Assembly (NCBI GenBank): GCA_965645245.1 | Contig: OZ287070.1 | Coordinates: 2,232,001-2,296,000 of the forward strand | Length of the DNA: 64,000 bases | Direction: 5' to 3' | Origin: Massalongia carnosa | Lineage: Eukaryota | Part shown: positions 37,476 to 51,025 of the stretch, piece by piece | Numbering within the stretch: the stretch's first letter is position 1 | Layout: each line of letters opens with the position of its first letter | Notes under the pieces: generated by a model | What the model was told of the DNA's origin: nothing | The model's input: the letters and a program-made list of their open reading frames with translations, nothing else | Databases searched by the model: none | Translations under genes and position numbers: made by a program

Positions 37476-40122
37476 TCACCGCACAACCACTTCCCTGGCA
37501 ACGGCATTACAGAGCTCCACCCGGATCCCTGATCCCGTGAGTACATGTATCCACAGCCTCTGAGTATCGCTCAAACGATCGTTTACAGATTTGACCTCGG
37601 AAAACATAATCTCTTGCCTCTCAGGATGCCAGAGGAAAAGATCGGGGATGCCTCCACCTCGTTGCTGGTATTCCTGAGCCATAACTTTACAGATCGCGGC
37701 CAGCGCTTCGCCACGGAAGCATTTGACAATCTCTAAGAGGTCAGCAATTTCAAAAGACCAGTTAATTCCCACAACACAGGTTTGCTTTTCATTTTCACGG
37801 TCATAAAATTCTTTTAAGAGACTTTCGGCATCACCGTTGCTTATCCTGATAAGGCGATGATTGATCTCCGAAGCTCTGGATGGGTAGAATGCATCAGTGT
37901 GAAGATCAAGAGGGCATGTCTGGTAGGGTGTTTGGAAGACATTGGGAATGTAGGTAAAAAGAACATCATAGAAAAGGAACCCGAACTAGAGTGATTTTAG
38001 TATCTCGCTCCCTAAAAGAGAAGTAGATTTACCAATGTGCGGACTATACCGCCTTCAGAATGATAGCCCTTCCAGCCTTGATCTCGATACCAGCTCAGAC
38101 ACATGGCTTCGACGCTACACTCACCACCGCCCTCCCTTTCATCCACCCATATTGTCTTACCTCCCCTTCGAAGAGCACCGGCGTCACTTAATCTACGGAC
38201 TCCAGTCCGGCTTAGCGTTTGTTCTTTCTCAATCCGAGTGCCTTCGACTGTTCGTTCGATGGCTTTGGATAACAAAACATGCCTGAAGTCATGCTGCTGC
38301 CGCTTTGCCACTTTCAATGATTTCTCCAATTTGATGATTCGCTTTTGGAGATCGTAATGGTATACAAGATGGCAATCCTTATCTTGAAGACCCTCCTCAC
38401 ATGTTTGAAGCGCAATTCTTTTCCAGAACTTCTTCTGCTCTGTTTCTGAGCGGCCATCGTCTAGCTCTAGCGCCCACATATAATGCTCTTCTAAAAGCGC
38501 TTTACGCTGATACCATGCACCACGTCGAGCAGCATGAAACAGATGTTGGATGAGCAGCTCGGTCAGTATTTGATGTTCCCTTTTATGTTCCTTGAAGCGT
38601 CCAAGCACATAGGTGCCTTTGTGCACAATGCGAGTATATACCCAGGCAGGAGAGAAACGTCGAAGATAAGCCCCTTCTCCGCTTTCATAGATACTATCTT
38701 CCTTATACTGTTCTTCTTTGACCAGCTTTCGCCAACGAGGATAAACCTCTTCAAAGATGTCCTTGACTTTTTGTAATCCATCTTTGTTGACAGTGCCGTT
38801 CATTTCAAGTATGTTGTCTATCCGAAATTGTGTACGTATTGAAGTCTCGAATTCCAACAATGCGAACCGAGTAGAAAAAATGTTTGTAGACCTTGACACG
38901 ATATATTCGGGAAAGTTACGTTTAGAAATTCTAGCAAGTATAATGGTTGTGAGAGACCTATCAGTCCACTCGCTGGAACGGTAGAAAACCAAATGAACTC
39001 TTTCAAATAACTTAAGTGGGGCTGAAGAAAGACGTATGCATGGACCAGTACAAGATAATATCTTTCGAAGAAAATGGGAGTTTCTATTTATCTTGACACC
39101 TTCAGTATCACCTGGAAACTCGTATTCAGGAAAATTGGAGGACTCCGAATTTACAGAATCCCCAGTGTCTGATCTTTTGAGACTTGCCCACCCAAGCCCG
39201 CCTTGCGCCTGGCTTGTTCGTTGCAATGCCTTCAAGAGTTCGGATTTATTCTTGCCTTGTAATTTGGCTTCTTTCGCAAGACTTTGCAGCTCATCCAGTC
39301 TCAGCAGTGACGAAGCTTCCTCCAAAGTGTTGATACAACCCTGAGATCCATCGGCAAATTTGAAACTAGTACCCAATACACCCACCAGAGCCTCACCTTT
39401 TCCTGGGGGTTTTTGGGCAACTCCTGGTGTTGCCAGAAGAGATCGTGTATTGAGGAGGTCTCCAGCAGCAGCAGGAATATTTGATATGTCGCCGTAATAT
39501 CCCAACCGATTAAGTCTATGCCAAGCAGCAGTCTTGCGCAGAAACAATCGAACATATCTGATTCGTATGTCACATTACCCTTACCAGCCTAAGCCAGATT
39601 GGAAGAGCATACTCACAAGTACTGAGCCTCATAGCCCAGCTTTCTCCATTCTTCAAATACGGACATCTCTGCTGCGTCAAACAGGTGTGATTCGTCCTCA
39701 AGTACGGTTTCCAAAGCTAAATTGAACGCATCGACATAGATTGAGCTCTTTCCTTGAACCCATTTCCTCTGTCCCAAACGTCCACGGAGGTCCAATCCCT
39801 CTGTTTCCGCAACTCTCGCTGCTTCATATTCTGCAACGGCTTCTTCATCTGTCTTTATTGGAGGTAATGCATTCTCTAGTTCTGTCTTTTGGGAAGAGCT
39901 GAGCGAAGGCTCGGCATTGTTGCTTTCAGTCCCGGAACCTGGTATCTCGCGGGAGGACGCTTGGATTGGAGGTGGACTCGTGCTTTCATCATCGTCCGAT
40001 GATCGGAGTGAGAAATAGCTCCTTGTACTATCGAGTCTTTTGAGACGCTTAAATGAAGGAGTTTCAAAATCTTCTTCTTCAAAATTTATGGATAACGGGT
40101 GGGATACCCGTTGCCTAAACAT
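37476..40122 (-). CDS. FAN1: Fanconi-associated nuclease 1 (VRR-NUC), 3 exons
   Basis: SIYVDAFNLALETVL; YVRLFLRKTAAW; GWKGYHSEGGIVRTL; FQTPYQTCPLDL; GGIPDLFLW...FSEVKSVNDRLSDTQRLW. Confidence 0.95.
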
Positions 40123-40303
40123 CTGGTTATGATAGGTTGGACTTTGCGATCAGTTCTGAAGTCAAATAAGTTTGAGTCACGTCGCGTGAAAAGTGAAGCA
40201 AGGCAGACGCCAAAGCACGTGAGGTTGTGCTTTAGCGGCGAACCCTAGTCGAGTTTCTCTGAGCATGACTCGTTTTAGAGCAACACTTGAATCATTTGCT
40301 GTG

Positions 40304-40858
40304 ATGATGGCGGAGATAAGTTCAAGCGATGTTCCAAATGGAACTCCAATAACCAATCCAGGTCTAGGTGAAAGGGCAGAACAGCAAGATCAGACAACAA
40401 GCCTACAACCTGTACCTCCTCTGCCACCTCCAACGATCAGCCAGCCTGATACCGAAATGGCAGAGATAGCTGTTCGTACTAGCGTCTTGGACCTTTCCTT
40501 AAGCTAACTGAATCTACGTATCAAGCCCTCTCCCCTTCCCCAACCCCTTTCAACCACATCGACCCCTGCTCCTCACCGAACAGCTACGCCAACACGCAGC
40601 ACCAATGGTAATATTGATACCACGCCTATGCCTGTTAAAGTAGCGTCTCACGGCGCTCCTGCTCGGCGATATCTAAACGAGAAGGTCACTGGTGTTTTAC
40701 TGGAGGGAATGAAGAGACTGGCAGCAGAGCAGTATGCATGAGCAGATAGTATTAAGGCAGAAACTATAAACTGATGATGATGCAACAGACCGGAGGATCC
40801 TTTAAGGGTCTTGGGAGAATTTCTTCTTCAGAAAAGTAAGGACTTAGAAGGGATTTAG
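40304..40858 (+). CDS. SDC1: COMPASS subunit Sdc1/Dpy-30, 3 exons
   Basis: Spliced product contains HGAPARRYLNEKVTGVLLEGMKRLAAEQ-PEDPLRVLGEFLLQKSK (Dpy-30 motif); only exon 1 appears in the ORF track. Confidence 0.88.
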
Positions 40859-41139
40859 AAAGGAGACTGGGGTCGGTCCTTTCGTAGCTTGTGAGCTCGT
40901 TTGCAGTATATACCCAGTGAAAGTATTTTCAACGTAAGGGGATGGCAATTCGCCGAGCTTTGTCAAGCACACCTCAAATGGGTCCTAAATGAAGCTTATG
41001 ATATACTGAACCGCATACTGCCAGGGTCTGATTTGTAATTTGGGTACAAGCTGCGTCCTGCCTATCAAGATATTGCCGATTAGGAACTTCGCCTACGAAT
41101 CATTCCTTCACCACCTGATTCTTCCCGTCATCAAATCCT

Positions 41140-41845
41140 CTACGCAACTAGCGTGCTTGCCGTTGCGCTTTCGTACCTCCATGTTGGTGGGAGTACTCCG
41201 ACGGTCTTGTAGTATCTCGATAAGCGATGAATTCGGGATTCAATTAGGATAAGCCGGAACTTCGAGTCCTTGTCCTTGCGATTGCGTTCGAGATGCTTAC
41301 GGACGGCAACAGCCTAATTAGGTTCAGCAAGTTATATATAACCGGACCATTCATGAACATGAAATGAAGAGTGACTGTACAGACCTTCTTGATCAACATG
41401 TATAGGTCCTCGGGTATTTCGGGCGCGAGGCCTATGATGATCATGTCACTCTGTCAGTCCAAGACCAAACAGAGGCATTTATTGTATGAAAAGGCTCCTG
41501 AGAGCCAACTCATATTTGTAGAGCAATATTTTCACACTACAGTCATCGTACCATTGGATTTAAGGATGCGCAGTATTTTGTTGCCTGATGTAGCGACTCC
41601 GGTTAGCCCTGCGTTGACTTCATAATACAAGTGTTGTACATACCAGTAACTACCTTGACTTGAGCAATTCCGTGCGAGTCTCTGAGAACAACGCCAATTT
41701 GCGATGGGGTTGCGCCCTTCTTCGCGAGCTTGCAAATCTGATCAACGACTTGCTCGGGGGTTGTCTTAAGCCATGCCGGTGGAGTACGAGAGTATGGAAT
41801 GGCGCTTGCCGATATGCCTTTACCATTGCTATGAAGACGACCCAT
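41140..41845 (-). CDS. RPS13: 40S ribosomal protein S13 (uS15), 4 exons
   Basis: [20 protein letters not shown]...[55 protein letters not shown]. Confidence 0.97.
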
Positions 41846-42145
41846 TTTTGCGGAGATTCTTATGAAAGAAAGTTTGATGTCCAAAGATTTGGAAGAGGTC
41901 AATCGTGGGAGGCGCTAAATTAGCCGAAAAGGATCTTTCTAAGTCGGGATTGACATTCCACGAGTACATAAGATGGATTCAATAACAATGAACGAAAATT
42001 TGCCACCAATAGAATCTTATACATGAAGGGCGGAATTCTTAATGGTCGTTTGTATTTGAGAATTCAAGGGATTAATGATTCAATTCCTTTGTCAATTTCT
42101 CTTATCCTCAAATCTTGTACTCAAGATACTGGCCCGACGCTGATA

Positions 42146-43990
42146 ATGGAGCCTCGAAAGCGCCGTCGAGTTGAAGTAGCTATCCGTGGGCATGAAGACC
42201 AGGAAAATGTTCTAGCTAGTACATCCAGTACGGACAGATTGAACGTGCCCTATACAAGAAGGTCAATCAGTCCCCCCTTACGGAAAAGATCGTATACTAC
42301 TCAAGGAGCATTTGGTCTTAGGACAGAATCTCCCTCCTCTATGAAACTGGCCTCGACTTTTCCTAGTGTGGGTTCTTCGTCAGAGCCAGCTTCCAAATTT
42401 TCTACTTCATATCTTTCGTCTATCGAAAATACAGTTTCTCCAGCTCCTCTGACTTTAGTACCTTCTCCTATACAGCTTATTTCAATCAAAGATCTTCCAG
42501 ATGCTCTCAATGTAGATACAATATCTCTCAAAGATATCCTCGGTGATCCACTAATCAAAGAATGCTGGGTTTTCAATTTCTTGATTGATGTCGATTTCGT
42601 TATGTCGCAGTTCGATGAAGACACGCGAGATTTGGTTCAAGTCAAAATAGTCCATGGGTCATGGAAGAAGGACGCTCCAAATAAGATCCGAATTGACCAA
42701 GCTGTGGCGCGTTATCCTAACGTCCAAGCAATTGTAGCATATATGCCTGAAGCCTACGGTACCCATCATTCAAAAATGATTGTTTTATTCCGACACGATG
42801 ATCAAGTCCAGGTTGTAATTCTCACTGCAAATATGGTGGCTGGGGATTGGAGAATGTGCCAAGCTGTATGGAGATCTCCTCTGCTCCCATTGCAGACAGG
42901 CCACAACAATCCGGAACGGACTGATTCAGGTTTACCGCCTTTGGGCGGCGGAGAAAGGTTCAAGCATGATCTATTCGCATATCTACGCACTTATGAAAAG
43001 AGAACCAAGGATTTAGTGGCTCAATTATCTCAATACGACTTTACATCTATACGAGCAGCACTAATAGCAAGTACACCGAGTAAACAAAACCTTCGAAGCC
43101 TCAACTCAGAAACCGAAGATCTCTGGGGATGGCCATCAATTAAGCGGGTCTTAAGCGGCATCCCTGCCACGTCCCCTAAACCTCATATCGTGAGTCAAAT
43201 CAGCTCGGTGGCCTCAATCGGAGAGAAATGGGTTGAAAAGACCTTCTTTGAAGCTCTATCCTCCTCCGCTGCAGCCAAACCCGCTAAATCCACCAAACCT
43301 AAATTCTCGATTGTCTTTCCAACCCCAGACGAGATCCGCGGCTCCATCGACGGCTACGATGCCGGCGGCTCCATCCACATGAAAATCCAATCCACTACAC
43401 AGAATAAGCAGTTGGCGTACTTACGACCCATGCTCTGCCATTGGGCTGGAGATCGGGAACACCGCTCCTGTAACCCCCCTTCTCCCACTTCCCCATCATC
43501 AATACACCTCGCAATCCCTGTTCAGGAAGCCGGTCGCCGCCGCGCGGCCCCCCACATTAAAACCTACATCCGCTTCGCCGACGCTTCCCACTCCCGCATC
43601 GACTGGGCTATGCTCACGTCTGCGAACCTCTCCACGCAAGCCTGGGGCGGCGCCACGAACGCGGCAGGCGAGGTGCGCGTCTGCAGCTACGAGATTGGCG
43701 TGGTGGTTTGGCCTGCGCTTTGGAACAAGGGGGCTGAAGGTGGTAACGGTGCAGAGATGGTGCCGGTGTTCCGAAAAGATACCCCAGATGAGACTTCCAC
43801 GGATGTAGTGCTGCCAGAGAGCGGGAGCGGGAGCGGGAACGGGAACGGAGGAATCTTGACGACTAAGGTAGGCTGGCGCATGCCGTACGATCTTCCGCTT
43901 GTGCCATACGCGCTGGGGGAGATGCCCTGGTGCGCCTCTGAGGCGTGCGAGGAGCGCGACTGGATGGGGAGGAGTTGGCCGGGGTTTTGA
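42146..43990 (+). CDS. TDP1: Tyrosyl-DNA phosphodiesterase 1
   Basis: Two HxK...N motifs: YGTHHSKMIVL...TAN and AAPHIKTYIRF...TSANLSTQAWG; SYEIGV; PYDLPL. Confidence 0.95.
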   Translation: MEPRKRRRVEVAIRGHEDQENVLASTSSTDRLNVPYTRRSISPPLRKRSYTTQGAFGLRTESPSSMKLASTFPSVGSSSEPASKFSTSYLSSIENTVSPAPLTLVPSPIQLISIKDLPDALNVDTISLKDILGDPLIKECWVFNFLIDVDFVMSQFDEDTRDLVQVKIVHGSWKKDAPNKIRIDQAVARYPNVQAIVAYMPEAYGTHHSKMIVLFRHDDQVQVVILTANMVAGDWRMCQAVWRSPLLPLQTGHNNPERTDSGLPPLGGGERFKHDLFAYLRTYEKRTKDLVAQLSQYDFTSIRAALIASTPSKQNLRSLNSETEDLWGWPSIKRVLSGIPATSPKPHIVSQISSVASIGEKWVEKTFFEALSSSAAAKPAKSTKPKFSIVFPTPDEIRGSIDGYDAGGSIHMKIQSTTQNKQLAYLRPMLCHWAGDREHRSCNPPSPTSPSSIHLAIPVQEAGRRRAAPHIKTYIRFADASHSRIDWAMLTSANLSTQAWGGATNAAGEVRVCSYEIGVVVWPALWNKGAEGGNGAEMVPVFRKDTPDETSTDVVLPESGSGSGNGNGGILTTKVGWRMPYDLPLVPYALGEMPWCASEACEERDWMGRSWPGF

Positions 43991-44508
43991 GCTCGTTACA
44001 TTCTCGAATGGCTTATTTAGGGCTGGGAGGTTTGCTTTGACCAGTGGGGTTTCTCTTTGTTGCTGGAGCGAAGCTTGTGCTGGATATCTGGGGGGGTTAC
44101 TGAGAGATGCGATCTGCATTTTGCAACTGGGTCGTTCACGCTTTCTTTTAATCTTTTAAAAAGCTCTTTGCGGAGGTGTATTAAAGCCGCTTCCTTCCTT
44201 CGCTAGTGAGGACGAAAGGGGAAAGATTGTTGCCTTGGATGGGTATTCAAGGCCATACTTTAAGCGGGCTAACGAAGAGTAGCTAGGCTTCGTTTGATAC
44301 GACCGGTTGTATTTGATATGTATCTGCGGTTCTCTGAGATCCAAGTAAAGTCTCACTCTTCACTCTAGCGCATACTCATATTCGTGATAAAAGAACTCGA
44401 CCCCACCATCCTAGTTTGCATTCCACACTCTTCCTCCCATCTCTTCAATCCTAACCTCCCCCTTCCCCCATCTAACTCCTACAAATTTATCACATGTTCT
44501 CACTATCC

Positions 44509-45887
44509 TTACCTCGGCCTCCAACTCCCCAACCGCCTCTTCAACAGCCCCCCGCTTGCCCTCCTCCCCGTGGTCGACGCGCGCCTTAATTCCCCTTCCC
44601 ACTCCGCATATCGCTGTCCTTCCCCATCCACTAACCCGGTGGTTTCGCCCGCCGAGCTCGAAGGCCGGGGCCGGGGCCCAGATGTCGCGGTGAGCTCGAT
44701 ACCGCCGGCGGCGCTTTCGGAGATGATGCGGCGATGCGAGTTTTTATTCTCCTTAAGGGCCTTCTCAATCGAGTAGGAGGGTTCGCCTTTTCCTTTGCGG
44801 TCTAGAGGGTGGTATTGCTAGTTTTGAAGTTTAGTTGTTTGTCGCGAAGGACGGTTGGAGGGGAAAGGTATAAACGAAGTGTATCAGTGACTTACGATTC
44901 CCGGCCATCTTTTGTAGTCGGCGCCGTCCTCAAGGTTCAAGTCGGCGCCTTCTTCATAATGGTATGTGCGCCCGTTGCGGTCGGGAACGCCGGGCGGAAT
45001 GCTGGCAACCCCGTCCAAGGGTCGGTGTGCTCGGAGGCTATCGTGGATCCGCTCTCTTGGGGTTGCTTTCAGGGCCTCCAGGTTCGTTCCGTGCACAGCG
45101 GCAACGGGGCTGCTCGCAAATACGGTGTTTCTCGCTAGGAGCGTTGCGTCAAAGGGTCCTTCGTGATGATAACCTCCCCCAACGGTATCCAAGACGTCAA
45201 TCGTATCAGGGCCAACATGGTGATTCTTCCGCAGATGCGGGGCGCGGTTGGCGAGCTTGACGTCGCGCTTGATGATCTCGAGCGGTCGATGGGATTGATC
45301 GCCCTCGAAGCGGGAAAAGAGGGAGTAGGTGGGGGCTGATGTGGATACTTGGTCTATGCTCTGACGGTTGAAGGACGCCTGATCACCGCCGATGTGGGAA
45401 ATTTGTGAGCTTCGACCTGCGGTGGAGGTGGGGATTGCGGTGGATGCTCTATCTGTACTTTGACGTCGATTGCCAGTCGAGGCAGGTGTTAGAACGGATG
45501 CTCGACCAGGGCTTTGACGGGTCGAGAAGCCACCGTTATCCGCTCCTGGGCCAGGTTTCTGTTGATGGGGCAGCGTGTTATGCCGTGATCCTGAGTAAGA
45601 TGGTGGCGGAGGATAGCTCGAACGATTGTTACTACTATTATTGGTATGCCCTTTATGTGCTGGAGGACTTCGGTTTGGATTTGGTTCGCTAGCGTGCGAT
45701 TGCGGTCTGCTGGGAGCGTTAAGTGTGTTATTATGAGTTGTCCCAGGGCCAGTTTCTTGACTGGGCTCTGGAGCCGTGAGTGGATCGAGAAGATACTTGG
45801 TCGCCTAGGAGTGAATTGTTAGGATTCGTGCGCTTATCAGAATGCTTCTCTCCGACCTACCCACAGCTTATCCTCAGAGCTCTCCAT
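44509..45887 (-). CDS. Pal1-domain cell-morphology protein, 3 exons
   Basis: MESSEDKLW|ATKYLLDPLTAPEPSQETGPG; DTIDVLDTVGGGYHHEGPFDATLLARN; YKRWPGI|QYHPLDRKGKGEPSYSIEKALK. Confidence 0.85.
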
Positions 45888-46951
45888 TCTGCCTTCTCTG
45901 TACTCTGTAAGGTTACGTAATAGGCGATGTGCAGACAAAGGTACTCTGTACTCTTTAAAGGATAGGGGATAGAGTGGTGAGTCCTACAGATTGACGAAGG
46001 AAACGGTGATGCCCAAGACGATGACTATGTACAGAAAAGTTCTCTTCCCTTCAGTGTTTTATTTTTTGCTTAGGCCTTCACTCGTACTCGTATATCGGTC
46101 GGCCGCGTGGCCAGAAGGAAAAACGAAGCGTCAGATTTGTGTCATCGCGTGATTTGAAAACTGCGGATACAACAGTATCTACTCTGTATGTTTTGAAGTA
46201 TCTGGATTATTGGTCGGCCTGACGGGTGGATACATCGTTGCTGGGTTTTGAGACTAACTATCTACTCCCTGGCTCATTGGTGATACAAAGTATAGCCAGG
46301 ATTGAAGTCCCCCCAGGTCAGTGGGGGGTTTTCCATGTGGCCTTGGGATACTCAACGACCGAGATGAATAATCGGGAAGCTTCAAAATTTTACCATGCTG
46401 GAAGGCTAGATGTCACTAGTAAAGCAATACAACAGACACCCGGCTGTTCTCAGCATTTTATATAGGCAGCCATGGTTTGTCTTCCATTTCATCAGTCGAC
46501 GACCAAATCGATGAAGATTTGGAATATGGCGCCCACAGAGACCGCTATCACCGAGTCACTCGGAAGAGACTACAAGGTATCAAGTAAGGACCTGCATTGC
46601 TCTAAGATCTGACGGCTAGAAGATAGACATCATGGGGATTTGATGGCTCTTTGATGCCGTAATGAAGGCGCATTTACGTATTAGAGACGTCGAACGCTGA
46701 TCACAGATCTATGAAGCTAGATAAAAATTCAATCCTTAAAACTTCTCAAGTGAATTTAAAGCATCGCCAAGAATTACAGATCATGCTGAGCTAGCTTTAT
46801 CTAGACTAGCGCTGGATAGGTAGATGCGGTTGGCCAGAAGACCCTATGATGTCATCTATCAGTACTGTTCACAGTTCTCCCATCGAATCATTATGCATAA
46901 CAGTTTAAGTACTCACCTCCTCAAGAATTTGTCTTGATACCAACTGAGACC

Positions 46952-48057
46952 ATGGCCCTAGTGAGTTATTCTGATAGTTCCAGCTCCGATGAGGACAGTT
47001 CAGAATGCATCGACAACCAGGGAATTGCTAGTGGAACGCTAAGGAGGAAGCGCAATACTGCAATGGATTCAAGCCTACCCTCGCTCCCACCATCATTCTA
47101 CAATCTCTATGCTTCAACCTTACGAACAGCGGGGCAAGATGACCCTAGTTTGCATGCTGGCCGCCAGCGGCAGACTCCACATGTGGAAGGGAATTGGCCG
47201 ACTCATGTCTACATAGAGTGTAGGTGCGACTCCCTAGCTTCCGAACGTACAACCTCAGCAACATCACAGCAAAGCTAACGTATAGGAGGGTATCCTTTAA
47301 AGGAAGAGTCAAGCCATTTGCAAAAGCTACTACTTACTATTGGCGGTGGCTCATCAGCGAAGGATCTTCATGTTCACAGCCTGCTGATGAGCGATCTTGG
47401 AGCAATCCAGCCAGTCCACATTAGCCTTTCACGACCTATCGTACTTCTTGCTCATCAGCGCCAGTCCTTCACTGACTCTTTTTCTCTTGAGATTAGCAAA
47501 GCTAGGATAAGACCGTATGTTTTTGTTGAAGGAATCGGAGGTAGTATGAATTTCTGACTTGGCGTTACAGTTTTCATGTTCATTTACAGGGCCTTGATTG
47601 GGTTGCTAATCAAGAAAAGACACGATGGTTCTTGGTCTTGCGAGTGAAAACCTCTACTAAGAATGAACTCACCCAACTTTTGCACATATCCAACCACGTT
47701 GCGCAAAATTTCGAGCAGCAGCCCCTCTACGAATCTCCTTGTTCTACTTCATTGCCTTTCCACCAAGACCGTAGTGCTCGTGGCAGGGTTGATAGGAAGA
47801 ACGCATCCTATTCTAAGCATCAGATAGCGCAGTTGAGCCACGATTTCAACGTATCAGCCAATCTTCATGTCAGCATCGGCTGGAGTCTCACTCCACCCCC
47901 AGAGGACAGCATCATGAGGCTATATGGTGGTATTGATGTGTCTCAGATCAGTTTTGCATTTAAAGCCGACACAGTCAAACTAAAGATTGGCAATGGGATC
48001 ACCGTATTTCCATTAGAGGCAAAGGTTGAAACATTGAATGGAGTTATTGGAGCCTAA
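46952..48057 (+). CDS. USB1: U6 snRNA phosphodiesterase Usb1 (2H family), 3 exons
   Basis: [37 protein letters not shown]; 2H motifs VHISLSRP and LHVSIGW. Confidence 0.93.
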
Positions 48058-48910
48058 ATCTCTCAGCCCCAAAACCGGATCGATTTGAAGATAGGCTGAA
48101 AACCCGCTTTGTCAAGGTTGGCTCCGTTTATATTTACTTCGAAACGCACGATCACGTTTTATGCGGAAACTGTTTCTGGTCAATGTGGAAAATTCTTTTG
48201 ATGGAATAGTTCATCTTATTCGTAGTGCTGAGATCTTTCAATTCTCGCTCGAGCAGTTTAAGTAGTTCCAATAAGGCTTTAGCAGAACTACAAAAGGTTA
48301 TACTTTTCTGCTCAACTTGTGGATTGTCTTAGGATGAATATGAAAGGACATTGATTATCCATTCCAATCTACATCAATCATATACGACAGAAATCGAGAT
48401 AACGAGTCACAAATCTAGTCACTACTATCAAGCCGGAAAATTTCTGTCACGGGTAAATAGATATATATTTGTTGTCATCGAAGTAGGGACCTCGACCGCG
48501 ATTGTTAGATTGGGCTTCCTGTGGTTATCGATAGAGACAAAAGAAACAAAAGTCGAAGCGTCTTGCCTCAGTGCCTCATTAGGAATTGCGTCTATTTCTT
48601 TGCAGGATTCTCTAAATGAAAATTAATTCGGGGAAAAAAATTTCATTCGTAGATTCCAGATGAATCGTCACTAACTCTCCACCATTTTGCTCGTGACATC
48701 CGACAGCGGCCCAATATCCCCACAAACTCGCGAATATCCAGTCTTGGCTTCAACTTCCTGGTTGGATTGATTGCAGTTCTCCAGCAAACAATATGACTTA
48801 GCATTAGCGGTCGATCTCTTTTAATTGCCCCTACGCCTAAGATTTACATGTCACTCCTTCCACTCTTCCGAGAACCTAGTGGCAGCGCTCAGCTTTCGGA
48901 AAGCAACACG

Positions 48911-50569
48911 ATGGTCAAAAAAAGTATTACTCCTAAGAAATAAATTTGGTGCTCGTAGGGTGTTCCCTATATTTGATACCGAAGGCTAATCTATTTTGCT
49001 ATCAGGCACTGCTGTCCACGAGTGTGTCTCGGAAGAAGCGCTCATATACCTCAAGTCCTACAAATACTCCAGCGTGGACAAATCGCTGATCTCCCGATAC
49101 ATTCTTAAACACTACGTACCTCTCCTACTCATTCCGTTCTACTGGAGGAAGCTGAATCAACGGCCCTTGGTAGTGGAATGCCTTTGTCGAACTTCTACCT
49201 CTATGGCTTGCTCCGAACATGGTGACCCTCCTGGGTTTCTTCTTTATTGTCGGTAATGTCGTATGCCTAGAGATATTCATGCCCGATCTAGTTGGACCGG
49301 TAGGGTTACATGTTTCTTCAATGTTCAAAGCGCACGGTCTTATTTGCCTGGGATGCTGAATCGAAAACCTAGGGTCCGTCATGGCTCTATTATAGCTTTG
49401 CATTTGGATTGTGGATGTGAGATGAGACCGGAGAGAGTGGTAGCCAAGATATCAAAAGCTGATAGTATTTCTGGCGGCAGGTACTCGACCATGGATAACG
49501 TAGATGGCAAGCAAGCACGGAGAACAGGACAATCTAGCGGGTTAGGAGAGCTCTTCGAGTATGAGTTATGTGGTCAGCATTGACTATAAGTACTTATTAT
49601 TCAGCAGTCATGGCATCGACTCGTTGAACTGCACGCTAGCAAGTCTTTGCGAGACTGCGGCAGTGGGACTAGGATCTTCCCCTAAAGGAGTCTTCACCGC
49701 TCTGATACCTTGTTTGCCAATGTTTTTCTCGACATGGGAGACTTATCATACACATACATTGTATCTCGGGTACTTCAATGGGCCGACAGGTAAAACCCAT
49801 CTCTTTAGCATATGTTCACGCGTTTGCTAACCTGCTACCAGAGGGACTAATACTAGGTTGTACAATGATGATACTCTCTGGTTACTATGGCCCTCAAATC
49901 TGGACCCAGCGTATTACGGACCTTATCGACCAACCTGAGATCTTTGGCGACTCGTCCATCATTGATCTTTGGATACCTATCCTCTTAATATCCTTCTTCG
50001 TTGCTCATCTCCCAGCCTGTGTATACAACGTGGTCAGAGCCCGCCAAGCTCAGGGCCTTCCCGTGGCTCCTGTGTTCTTGGAATGGACGCCGATGGCTGT
50101 TTTCATCGCTTCCTCTGGCGCTTGGCTTTACTCACCACATTCAAGCCTCATGCGTGATAATAGGCTGGTTTTGTTCTGCGTAACTATGGCCTTTGTTTTT
50201 GGACGAATGACCACCAAAATCATTCTGGCTCATTTGACCCGGCAACCATTCCCGTACTGGACGGTCATGCTTGTCCCGTTGGTTGGCGGAGCCGTACTGG
50301 GGAACCTACCTCGGATAGGTCTTCCGGGAGTGAGCCCGTTCGTTGAGGTCTGGTATTTACGCGGTTACTTGGTTTTTGCGATGGTTGTGTACTTCCGCTG
50401 GGCCCTCCTGGTCATCAACAGTATCTGTGCTTACCTAGGGATCAACTGCCTTACGATCACGGACAAGCCTGCCCCCAACCAGAGCGCGCAGGGCGAGAAG
50501 ACGGGGGCGAATGGTTCGCTTTCGGATAAGCACCTTTCTAACGGGAGCTTTCCACGGAAAGGCGACTGA
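48911..50569 (+). CDS. EPT1: Diacylglycerol choline/ethanolamine phosphotransferase (CDP-alcohol phosphotransferase), multi-exon
   Basis: [70 protein letters not shown]. Confidence 0.9.
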
Positions 50570-51025
50570 AGAGCCAAGTATCGTGGTTCGAGAATGGCTA
50601 GGCTCAGGGGCCAATAGTTTGCTGGATTGGGGGGGCTGTTTGATAGGTTTTCGATTCTCATTACGACCTACTTTCTCAATTCTGCATTGGACTATTTTTG
50701 CGATGGCGTTTTAGGTTCCGTAGCATTCACATCGACGTGGAGGGTTCAGTAGGATGGGTTGTATGTCATTATCATTCGCCTTGAGCCAAGCTTCGCCTAA
50801 TCATATATACATGCTGAACCTTAAATTTCCAAATTGTTCAATAACTTTATGACGTTTGGAAACATTTATGCCAGCTACCTAGTATACAATAGATAAGACA
50901 TTTTGCCAAAAAATACATGGTAATCAAATGCCGGACCAAATGACAACACTTTGATGTCCCAAAAAAAATCCAAACCACGCTTATGTTGTCAATCTCAAAT
51001 AAAGATGTTGCTTGCCCCCCAAGGT

